IMG/VR virus record: IMGVR_UViG_3300016667_000948
Location: 1 to 52,815 of that record
Strand: one strand, 5' to 3'
Length of the DNA: 52,815 nt
From: a virus
Lineage: Duplodnaviria > Caudoviricetes
Program-made: the position numbers and the translations under genes
The notes under the pieces: model-generated
Databases searched by the model: none
What the model was told of the DNA's origin: nothing
Seen by the model: only the letters and a program-made list of their open reading frames with translations
Shown here: positions 48,488-52,815 of the stretch, piece by piece
Layout: each line of letters starts with the position of its first letter
Position numbering within the stretch: the stretch's first letter is position 1

Positions 48488-48521
48488 AAATTTGTTTCGA
48501 TATATATCTATACTATAGATT

Positions 48522-49466
48522 ATGACCTCCTATATCGAAACAACTGGCTTGGCTGGTACCACTTTTAGTGCATATAACGATACCGAATCGGGAAATAGCA
48601 TTGAACGTATTGGTTCTCACCCAGAACAAGTAATTGCTATATTTAATCAATCCGGATCCGGAATGGATACAGCAGCCTTTGATAAATTTCGTCAGGGCGT
48701 TGAAATGTCTAGACCAGCCCATGTATACGGTACTACTCAACCAAAGCTTTGGGCTGGCAATCTTCATCATAGACCTTATCAATATAATCCATATGGTCAA
48801 ATGAGAAGTTGGACTGAATTCGAAAATACAACTCAATATTACGATAACACTATTCCTTTTGATCCAATATATTATATTAAGTCTCAAGAAAATGGAAATA
48901 TATCGTATCCGTTTCCAATATATTTTAATAACGGACCACAAGAGGGAGAAGAGGCTTCAATAGAACCTCTCACAATACCATTTAGACTTCAATCAACTGT
49001 AGGCGAAGGTGCATTTCCTATTCATCGTCCTAAAGGTAATCTTGAGGATGGAAACTCAACTCCAGATATTCCACAGTCTAACAATAGAGTCCTACAGTTC
49101 ATTGAATATAATACACCACTAACTTCGGATCCATTCCTTGATGCCGGGCAACAATATATTGGCGATGGACCAATAGAAGATAGCATTATAATTGAGGGCT
49201 ATGTTGATTTTAACTTGAGATTAGGCGACCCTTTTGATGACACAGAAACGTCAGAGTTGGTTGATCAACTTGTAGTTAATACATCATCATTAGATGGACC
49301 GGATTTCATAGAACAACTTAAGCTTCTTCATATCAATTTAGACGATGATATAAGAGAAACTTATACTCAAAAATCAGCAACAGCAGGTTATACTGTATAT
49401 GGTCCAGATCAAGCACGTTATGGAACCGATAGTGTAACATTCTCTGGATGGAGCAGAGGCTCATGA
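48522..49466 (+). CDS. Putative structural protein
   Basis: 314-aa acidic ORF after ATATCTA within the baseplate module. Confidence 0.62.
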   Translation: MTSYIETTGLAGTTFSAYNDTESGNSIERIGSHPEQVIAIFNQSGSGMDTAAFDKFRQGVEMSRPAHVYGTTQPKLWAGNLHHRPYQYNPYGQMRSWTEFENTTQYYDNTIPFDPIYYIKSQENGNISYPFPIYFNNGPQEGEEASIEPLTIPFRLQSTVGEGAFPIHRPKGNLEDGNSTPDIPQSNNRVLQFIEYNTPLTSDPFLDAGQQYIGDGPIEDSIIIEGYVDFNLRLGDPFDDTETSELVDQLVVNTSSLDGPDFIEQLKLLHINLDDDIRETYTQKSATAGYTVYGPDQARYGTDSVTFSGWSRGS

Positions 49467-52276
49467 GCAGACAAGAAAAAAAGACAAGAATAAAAGTAGT
49501 TCCTCCAAAACTACAACTACGTGGACAAGATGCTTTGTCCGGTTCTTATCCTACTAATGTAAGATTTTCATTGGACGGAAGAACTGGAAATTATAAAGTC
49601 AATTATAACGATGTTCAGACTATAGTTTTTGGAACACGTTCAAACGGCACAGCGTGGCAAGATAATCTCGTTGGTTATTGGACCATGCAGAGATTGGGTC
49701 CAACCGGTTCATCAGTTGGAAATGTAACATTCGAATCTGAACTATCAGGATCTATTGGCAATGGAATATTTCCATTTTTAGATTACAATTCAGCTCGACT
49801 TGCAAGTAAATATTTTACTTCAATTGGAGTCAGTCAATCATATGGTCATTATGGCAAAGGATATGATGTTAATCTATATAATGCATCTCCGGTTGCTCCA
49901 ATAAAACCACCAAATACTTTTCCATATTTAGAGCCAAATAAGTCATATGATTTCAATCCATATTTTAGCGCATATGGAATTATGAAAGCAGATCCGGCGC
50001 TGGTAACATCTACGGATTCTCCTTTGCTAATACAAAATCTGGATGCAGATAAAACATTATTTGAGTTTTCTAATTTTACTGGACCATATCCCAAAGGACA
50101 TTTTGATCAATTTACAGTAGCTGGCTGGTTTTATTATAATAGTTCAAACCAAAATGCAGTCAACTCCCATATCCTAGTCGCAGGACCATGTAGAAAAGAT
50201 CCGTGGGGCGTAGAATATGTAGATTACTACGCAGGTGCAATTGAAGACGGAACAGGCGGTTTAAAGTTTCAAGTCTCATTTATAAGTTCAAGCTATTCTG
50301 CCGATTCCATTCAATTGGATACAGATTCAGTTCCAGACTTGGTTGGAAAATGGTATCACTTTGCTTTCACATATAACGGGAGAGGCACATATACAATTCC
50401 TGCGTTTGATATTAACTCTATAAAAGTATATGCAAATGGAAAGTTAGTAAATCCAAACGCAATATCCGCAAACGGCGGCGGATTTAATGGATACAATACA
50501 GATACTGCTGTAGAGTTAGGATTGTCTTCTGGGTATTTGTTTGGTTTAAATGCAAATATAACCGGTTCAATTGGAGAACTTGCAGTATTTGACAGAGTAT
50601 TGACTGCTGATGAAATTGCAGAAATATATTATTCTCAAGTGCCTTTGCATAAGAAGCGCCGAGTAATCGCTGGAACATCTGTAGACCTTGATAATGATCC
50701 ATATCCAGTAGATGCTGGAGAATACATGACCACCTTTAATAGAGATGGCATGTTAGTTACCGGTTCTATTGTTAAAGGCGTTGGGGACAATCCACAATGG
50801 GTTCATTTCTCTCCAGGTCAAGAGATGCAGCCATTTATGGATCAACAACAGTTTGCTGCTGATGCTAAAGGTGCATCTGTTCAAAATTCATTCTTTGCTA
50901 CCGGCAGCGCAGAAACATTAGTTGGAGAAGGTTTCAACTCTCCGCTTTGGAGCAAGAACAAAATTGAAATTCCTATACCTGTTGTAACAGACACAGATCT
51001 ATATGTTGCTACTGGTAAATTAGGTAATAAATTTGAAACATCATATAATTCTCCAATGGCTTATTATAACTTTCAAACAAACACATGGGAACCAATTGGA
51101 GTTGGATTACCATTGAATGTTACCTCAAGTTTGGAAGATTACTACGGGTATTATCCGGTCGGATTTCCAAATTCATTATTACCTCGAGCAACAATAGAAA
51201 GTACTTTGTCAAACATTGGATATGCTGGAAATGGTTTTGGATTTCCGTTTCATCCAAAATTTCATGCAACATCTTCTCAAACATTAGATATATCAAAATA
51301 TATAACTGAACCTTTTGTACTAGAAAAAGCGGTATTAGAAGTTGGAAAAGTTAGCTTTCAAATAGTCAACATCGATTCAACTGTTATTTCTTCAAAAAAC
51401 CCTGTATCTGCTTCATGTGCTACATTTTTCATATTAAATCAGAGAGAAAATCAAAGTTTCAACTATAGTTTCGAATTTAATAATGCCATTGAGAAAACAT
51501 ATGTTAGTGCATCGGTGCCAATAAACTATTCTCTTACAAAGGATGATTTCGATTTAAATCAAACAACACGGGTCGATACAGTAAGAGATATTGTTGGATA
51601 TTCTCAAATATTTTCTGTTGCGAGTCTTACACCACTTAAAGATTTGGGATTTGGAAATTCCAATCTTCAAGAACTCTTGCCAATTACTTCAAACGATATT
51701 GTAGTTAGAAACCAAGTCCCAAATTATTTGGGCGTTCAATACAATAATATCAAACCGGTTTTTTCAATGAGCATGTGTTCTCCAGTATTAGGAACAAATT
51801 TTATTGGTGTGAATATAATAGAATATTACAACGATCTTATTTCAAATAATAAGATTCAAATATTTGGTTATGATGGATATCGAAATGGGCTTTCAATGTT
51901 GCAGCCAACAACACGTGGACTAACAAATGATTTGTTTGCTTCACGCAATTTAGAACCAAACTTAACAGCTACATTAAAGTTATTAGGAATTGATATAACA
52001 TGGCCGGCAGAAAAGTTTAAAGTAAATCCTTATATTCTCAATCCAAAAGACAAATTAGTATTAGGATTCCAAATGCCAATATCACAGTTCCCAGTAGAAT
52101 ATATTAATACTTCAGCGGCAGGTGTTGAAAGCACTTTTACAATACACGAAACCGTGTCACAAAATCTACCAGCAAAATTAGTTCTTTATGGTTCCTATAT
52201 AAGAGGGAACAAAGAATATAACGACGGAACGAATCAACTTCTATCATCAGAAACTATCCACGAGGTCATAGAATAA
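49463..52276 (+). CDS. LamG-domain structural protein
   Basis: NLVGYW, FTVAGWF, KWYHFAFTY, VYANG and GSIGELAVFDRVLTADEI; ATGA overlap at 49463. Confidence 0.8.
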   Translation: MSRQEKKTRIKVVPPKLQLRGQDALSGSYPTNVRFSLDGRTGNYKVNYNDVQTIVFGTRSNGTAWQDNLVGYWTMQRLGPTGSSVGNVTFESELSGSIGNGIFPFLDYNSARLASKYFTSIGVSQSYGHYGKGYDVNLYNASPVAPIKPPNTFPYLEPNKSYDFNPYFSAYGIMKADPALVTSTDSPLLIQNLDADKTLFEFSNFTGPYPKGHFDQFTVAGWFYYNSSNQNAVNSHILVAGPCRKDPWGVEYVDYYAGAIEDGTGGLKFQVSFISSSYSADSIQLDTDSVPDLVGKWYHFAFTYNGRGTYTIPAFDINSIKVYANGKLVNPNAISANGGGFNGYNTDTAVELGLSSGYLFGLNANITGSIGELAVFDRVLTADEIAEIYYSQVPLHKKRRVIAGTSVDLDNDPYPVDAGEYMTTFNRDGMLVTGSIVKGVGDNPQWVHFSPGQEMQPFMDQQQFAADAKGASVQNSFFATGSAETLVGEGFNSPLWSKNKIEIPIPVVTDTDLYVATGKLGNKFETSYNSPMAYYNFQTNTWEPIGVGLPLNVTSSLEDYYGYYPVGFPNSLLPRATIESTLSNIGYAGNGFGFPFHPKFHATSSQTLDISKYITEPFVLEKAVLEVGKVSFQIVNIDSTVISSKNPVSASCATFFILNQRENQSFNYSFEFNNAIEKTYVSASVPINYSLTKDDFDLNQTTRVDTVRDIVGYSQIFSVASLTPLKDLGFGNSNLQELLPITSNDIVVRNQVPNYLGVQYNNIKPVFSMSMCSPVLGTNFIGVNIIEYYNDLISNNKIQIFGYDGYRNGLSMLQPTTRGLTNDLFASRNLEPNLTATLKLLGIDITWPAEKFKVNPYILNPKDKLVLGFQMPISQFPVEYINTSAAGVESTFTIHETVSQNLPAKLVLYGSYIRGNKEYNDGTNQLLSSETIHEVIE

Positions 52277-52277
52277 T

Positions 52278-52815
52278 ATGCCTATCTTTGATCAATTTGA
52301 AACCGAACCTTATGCCACGTATTCTGGGTCTTATACAGATCGGTATTACTATGGCTCTATTTTTAACGACAACTATTCATTAACTCGGAGCACTATAGCT
52401 ATTAAGACAACTGGAGTTATATCATCTTCTTTTTTTAAGAAAGATTTTTCCAGATCAAATCTATTAGGCTTTGTATACGGAGATTATATTGCTTCTAGAA
52501 CACAAAATGGAAATGCAAAAATATTCTCCACTGAATTGATATATGACAGTTTAGTCCCATCTCCTATAGGTTTAATGAAGATAGATAACGCTGCTCCTCC
52601 ATATATGAATACAACTTCAAGCTGGAAACAAGTTTTTTCAGCCGCTTTATCAGGTTCAAATAACTTATTAAGAAATTCTTTAAGTGACAGTTCTGTCCAT
52701 GCAATATTATCTGCGCAAAATAACATTATTCCAACTTCTTCTGGGGATTTTTTATCAGTACCTCCGATAAATTCTTTTGCAAATTCGACTTGGTTAAGTA
52801 ATTTCCCATTTCAAT
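52278..52815 (+). CDS. Partial structural protein running off the window end
   Basis: ATG at 52278 (MPIFDQFETEPYATYSGSYTD...) open to the end of the window; not in the ORF track. Confidence 0.72.
   Translation, partial: MPIFDQFETEPYATYSGSYTDRYYYGSIFNDNYSLTRSTIAIKTTGVISSSFFKKDFSRSNLLGFVYGDYIASRTQNGNAKIFSTELIYDSLVPSPIGLMKIDNAAPPYMNTTSSWKQVFSAALSGSNNLLRNSLSDSSVHAILSAQNNIIPTSSGDFLSVPPINSFANSTWLSNFPFQ

Noticed and set aside
1-52815. Stop-codon reassignment
   Set aside because: Known enzymes are full length in code 11 and genes pack tightly at TGA/TAA; TAG is rare but does not interrupt genes

Overview
This is a gene-dense, AT-rich segment of a large tailed phage genome, a jumbo myovirus-type Caudoviricetes using the standard genetic code. 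I saw no rRNA, tRNA, CRISPR array or mobile element. From left to right: (1) an accessory block (1-10.8 kb) with a membrane-anchored metzincin, an FN3 protein, YkuK RNase H-like and YkgJ Cys-cluster proteins, a large probable internal head protein, a catalytically degenerate GroEL, an Hc1 histone-like protein and PIN-PhoH; (2) a fibre cluster (10.9-20.2 kb) including a YadA-like HAEG-repeat fibre and a 1349-aa coiled-coil fibre with a structured leader; (3) a primase-polymerase, GMP reductase-like and Cas4-like nuclease block; (4) a large glycan biosynthesis locus with about 8 glycosyltransferase-like genes, 3 FkbM methyltransferases, fcl and gmd; (5) a gp55-like late sigma factor and a ligase-fold protein; (6) a contractile-tail baseplate module (gp5-, gp25- and gp6-like, plus LamG proteins). 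The best candidate for an undescribed system is phage-encoded virion glycosylation: outward-facing structural proteins are rich in [S/T]-G-S tripeptides, while core baseplate proteins and enzymes almost lack them. Other leads are a shared packaging/propeptide motif on a ligase-fold protein, an ATPase-dead chaperonin, an ATAnnTA late promoter probably giving leaderless mRNAs, and TGA-dominated stop codons suggesting a high-GC host. All family calls come from motif recognition by eye, not database searches.
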